The notes beneath the pieces are model-generated. The model made no database searches. It was not told the DNA's origin and was given only the letters and a program-made list of their open reading frames with translations. DNA of 64,000 bases from Candidatus Multivorans sp. (GTDB lineage: Bacteria; Acidobacteriota; Thermoanaerobaculia; Multivoradales; Multivoraceae), in contig OZ245033.1 of assembly GCA_965224025.1 (NCBI GenBank), positions 864,001 to 928,000 of the forward strand. Direction: 5' to 3'. Position 1 is the first letter of the stretch. The number at the start of each line of letters is the position of its first letter. This document shows, one piece after another, positions 1 to 9,607 of the stretch. Made by a program: the position numbers and the translations under genes.

Positions 1-885
1 GGCGCTGGGCCGCACGTGGTCGATGTGCGCGAGGAGCAGGATCTCCTCCTCGCTCCGGCTGGTGCCAGGGATCACCGCAGTCACCACCTCCTGGGCGCCG
101 GCAGCCAGCTCGGCGTCGATCAGGACGGTGGCCAGCAGGCGTCGGCCCGCCCGCAGCTCCCGCCTCAGCCGCTCTCCCTCCGCCGCCGAGATCGAGAACG
201 CGAACGTCGGCTCCCGACCGTCCACCGGGCGCGGCGCGAGCACCTGCCAGGTGACCATGTGGGGGTAGCCCCAGCCCTTGTGGACGTTGTACGACTCGCC
301 GCCGCTCACCACCACGCCGGCGGCGCCGTAGCGCCCGACCGCCAGCGCCTCCACCGCGCTCGAGAAGCCGGTCGCCAGCACCAGCTTGCCTCGGACATCG
401 AGGCCATCGTAGTGGTCCGGACTGGTGCCTCTGCCGATGTCGACGAGCTCGGCCGTGACGGAGGCGGGCCGCGAGTAACGGGCGAGAGCGATCGGTAACT
501 GGTCGTACGAGGCAACGAGATGCTCGAACGGCTCCACCACTCGCAGCTCGGCGGTGCGTACCAGCCAGCGCGGCAGGGGAGATGGGGCGCCCTTCCGGTA
601 GCGGGCGGGCTGCTCCGGTCCGTAGCGCTCCAGTTCGGCATTCGCGATGCCAAGGCCCTTCAGTTCGCCGAGCAGCCAGTCCGCGGCGTCGCGAAAGCCT
701 GGCGACGCCGAGATCCGGTCCCAGGCGGCCAGGCGAACGACGTACCGCTTCGCTTCCACCCCCGAGAGCTCGCGGTGGATGAGGCCGGCGACGCGCTCGT
801 CCAGGAGGACGGGCGACTGTGCCGCGGCGATGGCCGGGAGAGCCGCCGCAGCGAGCGCGAGGATCGCGGAACGGGACCTGGTCAC
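1..885 (-). CDS. Secreted M28-family (PA-domain) peptidase, partial (runs off window start)
   Basis: Manual translation from GTG 885, which overlaps the upstream stop: signal peptide MTRSRSAILALAAAALPAIAAAQ, PA-like 'AELVDIGRGTSPDHYDGLDVRGKLVL' and 'EEILLLAHIDH' metal-ligand motif. Confidence 0.75.
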   Translation of the reverse strand, partial: MTRSRSAILALAAAALPAIAAAQSPVLLDERVAGLIHRELSGVEAKRYVVRLAAWDRISASPGFRDAADWLLGELKGLGIANAELERYGPEQPARYRKGAPSPLPRWLVRTAELRVVEPFEHLVASYDQLPIALARYSRPASVTAELVDIGRGTSPDHYDGLDVRGKLVLATGFSSAVEALAVGRYGAAGVVVSGGESYNVHKGWGYPHMVTWQVLAPRPVDGREPTFAFSISAAEGERLRRELRAGRRLLATVLIDAELAAGAQEVVTAVIPGTSRSEEEILLLAHIDHVRPSA

Positions 886-2120
886 TCGCTCGGCATCCGT
901 TTGCCGTTGATGAACACGTGGAGCACCTGGGAACGAGGGTCCAACGGGGGGCCCGACAGGACGACCACATCGCCGTCCATCCCGGGTCGCAGGCGTCCCA
1001 GTCGGTCGGCGACGCCGAGAAGCTCTGCCGGCCAGGACGTAACCGCCCGCAACGCGTCCTCCCGGGAGAGTCCGTGCTTGAGCAGATAGCCGGCGTTGAA
1101 CAGGAGATCACCGCTGCCGTAGGGGTTGCCTTCGCCGAGCTGGAGCGCGATGCGCACTCCGGCGTCGAGCAGCCGCGCCGCGTTCCGTTCGCTGAAGCTC
1201 TCCTTTTCGTACCGGTACCACAGGCCCTTGATCGAGGCCAGGACGACCGGCACGTCGCGACGCGCCAACTCCTCGGCGATCAGGTGCGCTTCGGTTGCGT
1301 AGGCGAGGATCACGTCGAAGTCGAACTCGTCGCTCAGCCGCAGCGCGTTGGCGATGTCCTTGGTCGTGTAGGCCTGCACCAACGCGGGCAGCTCGCCGCG
1401 CAGCAGCGTGGCGGTTGTCTCGAACTCGGCGTCGACGGCCTGACGTTCGCCGTTCTGTTCGGCCTGCCTGCGGCTTTCCTCATACACCCGCGCGCGGTTC
1501 AGGTGCTCGCGCAGCAGTGCGACCTCGCCCATGCGGGTCTTGGGCGCCGCGTTCGTGCGCTTCGGCTCATCTCCGAGGCTCATCTTGAGGACCGCCGGCT
1601 GCCGCACGACGTTCTCGCTCCCCACGGCCGGCGCGGTCTTGACAAGGACGCCACTGCCGCCGATGAGGTTCTTGCCGCCGGGCGCCGCCAGCAGCGTGGT
1701 GATGCCGGAGCGACGTGCGGACGCCACGTCCGCGGCAAACGCGTAGAAGGCGTCGAGGGCGTGGAGGTCGGCCGTGATCGGCCTGGTGTCCTCGTCGGTG
1801 TCCCAGCCGACGCCGTCGCCGTGAAGGCCGGTTTGGGAGTGCGCCTCGATCATCCCGGGCAGGATGAACCCGTCGGGCACCTCGATCACCTCGACATCGT
1901 CCGTGGCCGTCAGGTCACGCCCCACCGCCTCGATCCTGCCGTCCCGCAGCAGTACCTGACCGCCGGCGACGAAGCCACTCCCGTCGCTCCACAGCGTTCC
2001 CGCACGCACGAGCCAGCCGGCCGGCTGGTCGGAGACAACCTCCTGACCGACCGAGGGTCCCGACCACAGCATCCCGGCCAGGACCGGGATGCACCAGCTA
2101 CTCAGCCGCTGCACGCTCAT
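882..2120 (-). CDS. Amidohydrolase family protein (secreted)
   Basis: PGMIEAHSQ (degenerate HxH), 'LGRLRPGMDGDVVV' C-terminal motif, signal peptide. Confidence 0.85.
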   Translation of the reverse strand: MSVQRLSSWCIPVLAGMLWSGPSVGQEVVSDQPAGWLVRAGTLWSDGSGFVAGGQVLLRDGRIEAVGRDLTATDDVEVIEVPDGFILPGMIEAHSQTGLHGDGVGWDTDEDTRPITADLHALDAFYAFAADVASARRSGITTLLAAPGGKNLIGGSGVLVKTAPAVGSENVVRQPAVLKMSLGDEPKRTNAAPKTRMGEVALLREHLNRARVYEESRRQAEQNGERQAVDAEFETTATLLRGELPALVQAYTTKDIANALRLSDEFDFDVILAYATEAHLIAEELARRDVPVVLASIKGLWYRYEKESFSERNAARLLDAGVRIALQLGEGNPYGSGDLLFNAGYLLKHGLSREDALRAVTSWPAELLGVADRLGRLRPGMDGDVVVLSGPPLDPRSQVLHVFINGKRMPSE

Positions 2121-3327
2121 AGACGGTCTCCCCTTCGATCAGGACGCGGACGACGTTGGTCGACAGCGCCAGCGGCTCGCCGTCCAGCACGATCAGGTCG
2201 GCGTCCTTGCCAGACTCCAGGCTGCCGACCCGATCCGCGAGGCCGATGGCGCGAGCGGGATTCAGGGTGATGGCACGCAGGGCCTCCTCCTCGCCCAATC
2301 CCAGATGCACCGCGAAGGAGGCCTGCAGAAAGAGGTCAGGCACGTAACTGTCGGTCATGATCGACACTTCGACTCCCGCCTGGCCCATTCGGCCGGCGAC
2401 GTCGACTGGCCGTGGCGGATTCTTGCCCCGGTACCAGCCGTCGAGCTTCGGCCCCACGACGACCGGAATGCCGCTGCGGGCGATCTCGTCGGCCACCAGG
2501 TAGCCCTCGTAGACGTGACCCAGAGAGCCCTCGAGCCCGTGGCTGCGCATGAGGCGGACAGCGGTCAGGATGTCGTCGGCCCGGACCGCATGAATGTGAA
2601 CCAGGGCTTCGCCGGCCACGGTCGCCGCCAGCACTTCGAGCTCCGGGTCGATCTCCCCGGCCACCCTCGGCTCCCCCTGCCGCACCAACCTCGCGGCTTC
2701 CTCGAAGCGCGCCCTCAGCATCGCGCTGGAGCCCATGCGGGTCTTCGGTGAGCGCTCCTTGCGACCGTGCGACGACTTGGGGTTCATGCCGAGCGCCATC
2801 TTCAGCACCGGCCGCGATCCGATCAGCATCCGATCGAGGCCGCCACTTCGGTTCTTGAGCGCCCAGCCCAGCCCGCTCACCAGGTTGCTGCTTCCGGGAA
2901 GCACGAGCAGCGTCGTCGCGCCGAGTCCGCGGACCTTGTCGAACGCCGGATCGTCCGGGTCCAGGGCGTCCCGGACGTCGGCCAGAGGCGTGAACGGCCG
3001 GCTGCTCTCGGCGATGTCGAAACGTCCCGGAGTCAGATGGACGTTGCGGAGTCCGTAGTGGGTGTGAGCATCGACGAGACCGGGCATCACGACCCGGTCG
3101 GAGGCGTCGATCACCGAATAGCCCGGCGGCGTCTCGGTGCCGCTGCGCACTTCTTCGATCTTGCCGTCGACAACGAGGACCATCCCTGGAGACAGGGAGC
3201 CGTGCGAAATCGTGTTCACGGTCTTCGCTACGACTGCCAGCCGCTGCGCCGACACGTCCTCGCTCGGCATCAAGGGGATGGTCGCCGCTGCCAGGACGAG
3301 GACCCGCCACGGCCCCGAGACGCACAT
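2098..3327 (-). CDS. Amidohydrolase family protein (secreted)
   Basis: PGLVDAHTH, 'IHAVRADDI', 'VGSLESGKDADL'. Start is uncertain (ATG 3327 or 3375). Confidence 0.85.
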   Translation of the reverse strand: MCVSGPWRVLVLAAATIPLMPSEDVSAQRLAVVAKTVNTISHGSLSPGMVLVVDGKIEEVRSGTETPPGYSVIDASDRVVMPGLVDAHTHYGLRNVHLTPGRFDIAESSRPFTPLADVRDALDPDDPAFDKVRGLGATTLLVLPGSSNLVSGLGWALKNRSGGLDRMLIGSRPVLKMALGMNPKSSHGRKERSPKTRMGSSAMLRARFEEAARLVRQGEPRVAGEIDPELEVLAATVAGEALVHIHAVRADDILTAVRLMRSHGLEGSLGHVYEGYLVADEIARSGIPVVVGPKLDGWYRGKNPPRPVDVAGRMGQAGVEVSIMTDSYVPDLFLQASFAVHLGLGEEEALRAITLNPARAIGLADRVGSLESGKDADLIVLDGEPLALSTNVVRVLIEGETVYERAAAE

Positions 3328-3475
3328 GGCGAGCCGGTCTCGGCAAGCCCAACGCCGATTCCTGACCGGGCCCATGGCAGCGATGCTGTCGAGGGGGTCG
3401 CGCCAAGTCCCTAAGACTCCTCGAAGGATCCCCCAAGAATCGGCGAAGGGCGACGGCGGACCTGCACCGTGTAGT

Positions 3476-4879
3476 TCAACCCTTGGCGGTGGCGATGACG
3501 TAGAGGCGGTCCGAGATGTCGCGGACCGTCGCCTCCATTTCGGGGTAGAACTCGCCGCGGGTGGTCATCAGACCCTGGTGCTGGTTCTTCTCCTTGCCGG
3601 GCATGGTGTTCGCCGTGTCGATCACTCCGCACATGTGCCAGCCGACGAAGTCGGGACGAGCGGTGGCGTTCTCCATGAACTCTCGCGTCCAGAGGGCGCG
3701 CTCCGCCATGTCGCGCGCATGTTGTCCATGGGGATTGGGCATCGTCTCGGTCGGCGTGGTGTAGGCGGCGTCGCCGTTGAGGAAGGGTTGCCCCACGACG
3801 TCCGTCAGCCGGTCCATCGTGTAGCGCTGACCCTCCCACCGGGCGTAGTGCTGGGTGTTCACGAGGTCGGTGTAACGGCTGGTCACGCCAGCGATGGAGT
3901 CGAGCCCGTCCGTGTCGCCGTTGATCTTGTCGCCGAGGAAGAGGTGGTTCGGGTCGGCGCGGCGGAGGGCGGCCCTGGCCACGGAGTAGTAGCGCTCGAC
4001 GCAGAGCAGCAGGAACGCAGCGTTGTCACGGCGCTCAGCCTGGTTCAAGGGGCCTCGATCGGGTCGCCAGTCTCTTGCGTTGAGCAGATCCGACCACGCG
4101 GCGAAGCGGGTGCCGTAGGTGGCGTTGAAGCCGGACACATCGCCATAGCGCTCGCGCATGCAGTCGACGTAGGCCTGTTTGCCGGGCGCCTCGGCCGCGA
4201 AGTTGCGTAGCCGGCGGGGCCACGTGGTGCTGCCGTTCCACTCCGCCTCGTTGTCGGTCAAGGGAGGGCAATCGGCCATGCAGTACCCCAGCACCATGGG
4301 GTCGTCACGGTAGGGGGCGGCGACTTGCTGGGCCGTGCGCTCGCACAGCGCCTCGAACTCGGGGGCAAAGATGTCCGCGTAGGCATCGGGCTGGGGTTTG
4401 AGGTAGTGGGACAGCACCAGCGGCTCGAACGGAGCGACGAAGGGAAACCGGGCCTGCCCCGGCGGGTGAGTGAGCATCGTGGCGTTCGTGTGAATGCCCA
4501 GGGTGTTGAGGCCCAGCCTTCGCAGATCGGCCAGGGCCGCCTCGCGGAACCCTCTGTTCCAGGTGGGGTCATCCACCTTCCCCGCGCCGAATCGCCGCAG
4601 CCAGTAGTCGCGGTTGTAGTCCTGCGCCCACCAACCCGCGTGGTAGTGGTTGACGCCCCAACTGATGAACGCGTGGCCTTCGGGAGTGACCAACCACCAG
4701 CGCCGCCCGTCGTGCTCCGTGCGGAAGAACCCGGTGGCGTCGAACTTGAGTCCAGTCCAGCCGCCGAAGCGGTCGCGGTCGACGTTGGGTTGAGCGGCCC
4801 AGGACCGCGGTCCAAGGCAAGCGCCAAGCGCAATGAGAGACGACTTGAGAAAGTCGCGGCGGGCAAGGGGAAGAAGCAT
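3476..4879 (-). CDS. Tat-exported glycoside hydrolase (beta-agarase/GH50-like, clan A-like)
   Basis: RRDFLK Tat motif and 'DRFGGW..ATGFFRTEHDGRRWWLVTPEG' agarase-like N-terminus. Likely start is ATG 4879. Confidence 0.7.
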   Translation of the reverse strand: MLLPLARRDFLKSSLIALGACLGPRSWAAQPNVDRDRFGGWTGLKFDATGFFRTEHDGRRWWLVTPEGHAFISWGVNHYHAGWWAQDYNRDYWLRRFGAGKVDDPTWNRGFREAALADLRRLGLNTLGIHTNATMLTHPPGQARFPFVAPFEPLVLSHYLKPQPDAYADIFAPEFEALCERTAQQVAAPYRDDPMVLGYCMADCPPLTDNEAEWNGSTTWPRRLRNFAAEAPGKQAYVDCMRERYGDVSGFNATYGTRFAAWSDLLNARDWRPDRGPLNQAERRDNAAFLLLCVERYYSVARAALRRADPNHLFLGDKINGDTDGLDSIAGVTSRYTDLVNTQHYARWEGQRYTMDRLTDVVGQPFLNGDAAYTTPTETMPNPHGQHARDMAERALWTREFMENATARPDFVGWHMCGVIDTANTMPGKEKNQHQGLMTTRGEFYPEMEATVRDISDRLYVIATAKG

Positions 4880-4957
4880 GGCGCCCGATCGCAGAGGCGC
4901 TTCAACCGGCGCGAGGCCTTCGGCCCAGGCCGAGAGAGCGTTGGTGTCGAGAGTCAA
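4880..4957 (-). pseudogene. N-terminal remnant of a VapC/PIN toxin, fused in frame to the glycoside hydrolase
   Basis: MTLDTNALSAWAEG matches the PIN first-strand 'LDTN' motif. TTGA overlap with the antitoxin stop. Only about 25 codons remain. Confidence 0.6.
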
Positions 4958-5247
4958 GGAATGTCGCCGGGGTCGAGTTTCTCGAACTCCTCGTCGATCG
5001 CCTCGAGGACGATCCGGTGCTCATCGCCAAGGTCGGCAAGTTCTCCGAATCCCTGCATCCAGGGTGGATTCGGAGAGTTGGGGTCGCCGCGGTCCAGATG
5101 GGTATGGACCTGCGAACCGGAGGCGTGTCGACCGAGGTGCAGTTCGACGGCGTCAGTGAAGAAGCGCTTCAGGGTCATGCCGCGGCCCGCGGCGAAGGCC
5201 TTCGCGCGCCGGAAGGTCGTGTCGGGCAGCTCGATCGTGGTCTTCAT
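4954..5247 (-). CDS. VapB-like ribbon-helix-helix antitoxin
   Basis: MKTTIELPDTTFRRAKAFAAGRGMTLKRFFTDAVE is a typical RHH antitoxin N-terminus, with an acidic C-terminus. Confidence 0.75.
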   Translation of the reverse strand: MKTTIELPDTTFRRAKAFAAGRGMTLKRFFTDAVELHLGRHASGSQVHTHLDRGDPNSPNPPWMQGFGELADLGDEHRIVLEAIDEEFEKLDPGDIP

Positions 5248-5392
5248 GGCCCCATATTGCCGTATGTGCGGGCTGTGGCCAGGCACGGGATCCGTGCTTT
5301 GCGCGTCTTGCGGGACCGAATCCGTCCTAGCCGTATAGAAGGGGAGGCTCCTTATGGATCTCGCGGTCAGTCACAACAGGGGCTGAACTCTT

Positions 5393-5426
5393 GGTTGACG
5401 AAGGGTTGCGGTTGACATATGGTTGC
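5393..5426 (+). promoter_or_regulatory. Sigma70-like promoter overlapping a tandem operator of the Xre-RES TA operon
   Basis: TTGACG(5395)-17 bp-TATGGT(5418), with tandem 17-bp repeats GGTTGACnnnnGGTTGC at 5393-5409 and 5410-5426. Confidence 0.55.
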
Positions 5427-5445
5427 GCCCACGAGGAAGTAGTAC

Positions 5446-5934
5446 ATGCCCACGGAAACGGCGTTCCAGAGACTGCGCCCCGAAGAGGCGGCTGAACGCG
5501 TCTTCAGGGCCCGCGAACAGGACAGAGCGTGGCTCGACCGCTTTGCAGAGTGCCTCGCCGTCTACCGCGAGAGTCCGGGCGGAGCAGCAAGCCTCCCTGC
5601 TCGGCAACACGCTGCGGACCTGGTGCGCACGATCGGAGTGTGGCAACTCAGTCAGGCAAAGGCCGCCGCCCTGTTCGGCGTAAGCCGCCAGGCGTTCGCC
5701 AAGTGGCTGCAACGTGGCGTGCCGGCGGATCACGCCGTAGCCGTGGCGGACTTGAGGGCAGCCACCGATCTGCTGGAGCGCTATCTCAAGAGCGATCGGA
5801 TACCCGCCGTGGTGCGCCGGCCGATACCGAAGCTCGACGGCGTCTCCCTGCTGGAGCTGCTGGGCCAAGGCGACACGAACCGGGTGCTGTCCGCATGCCG
5901 CGAGATGTTCGACTTCGAACGGGCGCACGGATGA
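5446..5934 (+). CDS. Antitoxin, Xre/MbcA/ParS-like (HTH plus toxin-binding domain)
   Basis: HTH 'LSQAKAAALFGVSRQAFAKW', C-terminal 'RRPIPKLDGVSLLELL', coupled to the RES gene. Confidence 0.75.
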   Translation: MPTETAFQRLRPEEAAERVFRAREQDRAWLDRFAECLAVYRESPGGAASLPARQHAADLVRTIGVWQLSQAKAAALFGVSRQAFAKWLQRGVPADHAVAVADLRAATDLLERYLKSDRIPAVVRRPIPKLDGVSLLELLGQGDTNRVLSACREMFDFERAHG

Positions 5935-6479
5935 CGCCCGACCTGGTCGTCGAGAGACTCCCCAACGATCACTCTTGGTGGCGCATCGCCGACCCGACCT
6001 GGGCCGACCCGCTTGACTCCGGTTTCGCGCAACGGCGCGGCGGCCGGTGGAATCCGCCTGAGAGCTTCCCGACGCTCTATCTGAACGAAGACAGGGTTAC
6101 GGCGCGCCTGAATCTCCGAACGTTCATCGACGGCTGGCCGTACGAGCCGGAAGAACTTCGGGAAGACAACGGCCCGCTTCTGGTGGAATGCACGTTGCCG
6201 CGCCGGCAGTTCGTATGCGACATGCACACACCCGACGGTGTTCGCGCTGCCGGCATGCCCGCCACCTATCCGCTCGAGGGAGACGGCGCTGTGGTTGGGC
6301 ACGACCGCTGCCAGCTCATCGGAAGGCGGGCCAAGGACCGGGGTTTACTCGGCGTCCGAGCGCGCTCGGCCCAGTCTCGGGGCGGCACGGGGCGGGAACT
6401 GGCATGGTTCCCGGCTTCCGTTCGCAGCCTCGCCCGACGGGTCGCTACATTGGCGTTTCCGATGTGGTTCTGGGGCTAG
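5931..6479 (+). CDS. RES-domain toxin
   Basis: ATG 5931 (ATGA overlap), 'GGRWNPP..FPTLYL', and 'GVRARSA..ELAWF' RES motifs. Confidence 0.8.
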   Translation: MTPDLVVERLPNDHSWWRIADPTWADPLDSGFAQRRGGRWNPPESFPTLYLNEDRVTARLNLRTFIDGWPYEPEELREDNGPLLVECTLPRRQFVCDMHTPDGVRAAGMPATYPLEGDGAVVGHDRCQLIGRRAKDRGLLGVRARSAQSRGGTGRELAWFPASVRSLARRVATLAFPMWFWG

Positions 6480-6495
6480 ACCTGCGGGATCGCGG

Positions 6496-8136
6496 CTACC
6501 GTACCAGCGCGTACAGCAGCACGAGAACACCGACCAGCCCCGCCGCCAACAGCCTCGGATCCAGTGCACCCCTGATCTCCGACCGGGCCAGGAACGCAAG
6601 CGGTGAGTCCCACGTCAGTCCGTCGACCTGCTCGGCCTTCGGGGGCGGCGTCGCCAGGCTGACGATCACGTAGACGACGCTCAGGATGCAGAAGTACCAC
6701 CACGCCTGAAGCAGGAAGGGGATCCCCAGGCCGTTCACGGGATCGGAGACGTACTGGACGCCGCCGAGCCACTCGAAGCCCATGTCGAACAGGAAGATGA
6801 TGAAGCCGGCCAGGAAGCCGAAGAGCAGCGTGAAGGTGCCTGCCTGAGGGGTTCCGCGGCGCCAGAACACGCCCCACAGCAGCACGGTGGCGATGGGGGG
6901 TGCGATGAACTGCGCCGGCATCTTGTTGATCGCTTCGAAAATGGAGCCGAACTTGTCGCCCTGGGTGGACCAGGCGATCGCCACGGTCATGACGACGACC
7001 GAGCTGATCCGCCCGATGCGGACCTGCGACGATTCCGACAGGCCGGGTCGGAAGTGCTTGGCGATGTCCACGGCGACCAGGGTGCCCGTGCTGTTCACGG
7101 CGGCGGCGATGGTGCTCATCAGCGCCGCGAGCAGCGCCGCAGCCATGATGCCGATGAGCCCGGTGGGCAGCAGCTCGGTGATCAGGGTGGGCAGGGCGTC
7201 GGTCGGCTCGGCGATGATGTCGCGGAAGAGGACGTAGGCCAGCACTCCCGGCAGGACCATGAAGAACGGCGGCAGGATCTTGAGCAACGAGGCGAAGAGC
7301 GCGCCGTGCTGCGCGTCGCGCAGGGTCCCTGCTCCGAGCACCCTTTGCACGATGGTCTGGTCGGTACACCAGTACCAGAGGCCGAGGATCGGGAAGCCCA
7401 GCAGGAAGCCGTACCAGACCGACCCGGGATCGAAGCCCTCCTCGCCCGGGACGTGAATCATGCTGAGTTGATTCGGCTTCGTCGCCTCCAGAAGATCGGC
7501 GTATGAGTCGATCCCCACTCCCGGCAGCCTGGTGAGGGCGATCACGGTGATCAGGACGGCGCCGCCTAGCAGGATGACGGTCTGGAGGGTCTCCGTGACG
7601 ACGACCGCCCGCAGGCCGCCGACGGCCGTGTAGATCACCGTGATGATCGAGATCATCGCGATGGACGCCAGGGGCGGAATGCCGAAGAACCGCTCGAACA
7701 CCGCCGCGCCCGCGTACAGGCTGATGCCGATGTGGATCAGCATCGCCGACATGATGAACATGAAGGAGAGCGTGGTCCTGGCGGCCGGGCTGTAGCGCCG
7801 CTCCATGAACTCGGGCAGCGTCGTGATCCGGCTCCGGAAGTAGATGGGCACGAAGACGAGGCTGAGCAGGATGATCGTGAAGCAGGCCATCCACTCGAAG
7901 TTCCCGACCACCATGCCGATTCCGAAGCCGCTCTCCGCGAGCCCGACCAGGTGGATGGTCGAGATGTTCGAGGCGAAGAGCGCGGCGCCGACGACCGGCC
8001 ACTTCAGGTTGCGGTTGGCGAGGAAGTACGACTCGCTGGTATGCCGCTTGATCTTGCGCACCGACCACAGGCCGACGAACAGGATGCCCAGCAGGTAGAC
8101 GACGATGACGAGGAGGTCGACGGGCGCGATGGTCAT
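6496..8136 (-). CDS. Sodium:solute symporter (SSS, SGLT-like)
   Basis: Multi-TM protein, 'ASNISTIHLVGLA', 'YWCTDQTIVQRVL'. Confidence 0.92.
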   Translation of the reverse strand: MTIAPVDLLVIVVYLLGILFVGLWSVRKIKRHTSESYFLANRNLKWPVVGAALFASNISTIHLVGLAESGFGIGMVVGNFEWMACFTIILLSLVFVPIYFRSRITTLPEFMERRYSPAARTTLSFMFIMSAMLIHIGISLYAGAAVFERFFGIPPLASIAMISIITVIYTAVGGLRAVVVTETLQTVILLGGAVLITVIALTRLPGVGIDSYADLLEATKPNQLSMIHVPGEEGFDPGSVWYGFLLGFPILGLWYWCTDQTIVQRVLGAGTLRDAQHGALFASLLKILPPFFMVLPGVLAYVLFRDIIAEPTDALPTLITELLPTGLIGIMAAALLAALMSTIAAAVNSTGTLVAVDIAKHFRPGLSESSQVRIGRISSVVVMTVAIAWSTQGDKFGSIFEAINKMPAQFIAPPIATVLLWGVFWRRGTPQAGTFTLLFGFLAGFIIFLFDMGFEWLGGVQYVSDPVNGLGIPFLLQAWWYFCILSVVYVIVSLATPPPKAEQVDGLTWDSPLAFLARSEIRGALDPRLLAAGLVGVLVLLYALVR

Positions 8137-8169
8137 TTGGGATCGGGGCCGGGCGTGGCGCCCGCGGGC

Positions 8170-9597
8170 TCAAACGATGATGTCGTCGACGACCAGGCCT
8201 TCGACGTCGGTCAGGCGGAAGTCGCGTCCCTGGGCGCGGTACGTCAGCCGCTCGTGGTCGAGGCCCAGCAGATGCAGGATCGTGGCGTGGAGATCGTGGA
8301 TGTGGACCTTGTCCTCGATGGCGTAATAGCCGTAGTCGTCGGTGCGGCCGTGGCTGTGGCCGGGTTTTGTGCCGCCGCCGGCCATGAACATGGTGTAGCC
8401 GTGGGGATTGTGGTCGCGGCCGTTGCGAGCCCCGGCCTCGGCGCCGGGAGTGCGCCCGAACTCGCCGCCCCAGAGCACCAGGGTCTCCTCCAGCAGTCCC
8501 CGTGACTTGAGGTCCTTGATCAGGCCCGCCACCGGGCGGTCGACCTCGGCGCAGCTCTGCGGCAGTCCGGTGATGAGGCCCGAGTGGTGGTCCCACTTGG
8601 AGTCCGGACCGTGGGTCGCCTGCACGAAGCGCACGCCCGATTCCGAGAAGCGGCGCGCGAGCAGGCAGCGGAGCCCGAAGTTCCGGGTCACCGGGTCGTC
8701 GAGCCCGTAGAGGCGTCGCGTGGCCTCGGACTCGCCCTCGATGCTCATCAGCTCGGGCGCCTCGGTCTGCATGCGGAAGGCCAGCTCGAAGGACTCGATG
8801 CGGCCCTCAAGCGCCTGGTCGGGGCCGGTCTGCTCGAGCTGACGCCGCTGCCAGCGCTGCAGGAGATCGAGTTCGCTTCGCTGGACCGCCGGCGACACCG
8901 ACTCGTTGTCGAGGAAGTCGATCGTCGCGTCCTCCGTCTTCATCCGGGTCGTGCCGATCGCCGTGCCGTTGTAGGCGGCGGGCAGGAAGGCCGACGAGTA
9001 GTTCTGCACGCCGCCGTGCTGGTACGAGGGGCAGATCGTGATGAAGCCGGGCAGGTTCTCGTTCTCGGTGCCGAGGCCATACGCGATCCACGAGCCCATC
9101 GACGGGCGCACGAAGCGGTCGCTGCCCGTGTTCATCGCCAGGATGGCGCCGCCGTGGGCGGCGTTGGTGCCCCACATCGAGCGGATGAAACAGAGATCGT
9201 CGACCACGGAGGCGATGTTGGGCATCAGCTCGCTCACCCAGGCGCCGGACTGGCCGTGCTGCTTGAACTCCCAGGGGCTCTTGAACAGGTTGCCGGTCTC
9301 GTTGAACTGCACGCGGGGCTTGGCGAAGGGCAGCGGCTTGTTGTCGTCGCGGATGAGAAGCGGCTTGTACTCGAAAAGGTCGTGCTGCGACGGCCCGCCG
9401 TGCATGTGCAGGAAGATGATCCGCTTGGCCTTCGGCGCGAAGTGCGGTGGACGGGGCGCCAGCGGGTTGCCGGGCTCGGCGGCCAGCAGGTCGCGCTGCA
9501 GCAGGGAAGAGAGCGCCAGGCCGCCGAAGCCGCAGCCGCAGGTCTTCAGCATCTGGCGGCGGGTGAGGGGCGGCGCCTGGTAGTGGGGGTGACGCAT
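8170..9597 (-). CDS. DUF1501 domain protein (Tat-exported)
   Basis: TRRQML Tat motif, 'GGPSQHDLF', 'WGGEFGRTP', 'GRDHNP'. Confidence 0.9.
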   Translation of the reverse strand: MRHPHYQAPPLTRRQMLKTCGCGFGGLALSSLLQRDLLAAEPGNPLAPRPPHFAPKAKRIIFLHMHGGPSQHDLFEYKPLLIRDDNKPLPFAKPRVQFNETGNLFKSPWEFKQHGQSGAWVSELMPNIASVVDDLCFIRSMWGTNAAHGGAILAMNTGSDRFVRPSMGSWIAYGLGTENENLPGFITICPSYQHGGVQNYSSAFLPAAYNGTAIGTTRMKTEDATIDFLDNESVSPAVQRSELDLLQRWQRRQLEQTGPDQALEGRIESFELAFRMQTEAPELMSIEGESEATRRLYGLDDPVTRNFGLRCLLARRFSESGVRFVQATHGPDSKWDHHSGLITGLPQSCAEVDRPVAGLIKDLKSRGLLEETLVLWGGEFGRTPGAEAGARNGRDHNPHGYTMFMAGGGTKPGHSHGRTDDYGYYAIEDKVHIHDLHATILHLLGLDHERLTYRAQGRDFRLTDVEGLVVDDIIV

Positions 9598-9607
9598 CGT
9601 CTGAAAC

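Noticed and set aside
5920-5933. CGGGCGCACGGATG match to the end of the GAACC repeat
   Set aside because: It lies inside coding sequence at a gene overlap with no hairpin partner, and is plausible by chance in GC-rich DNA
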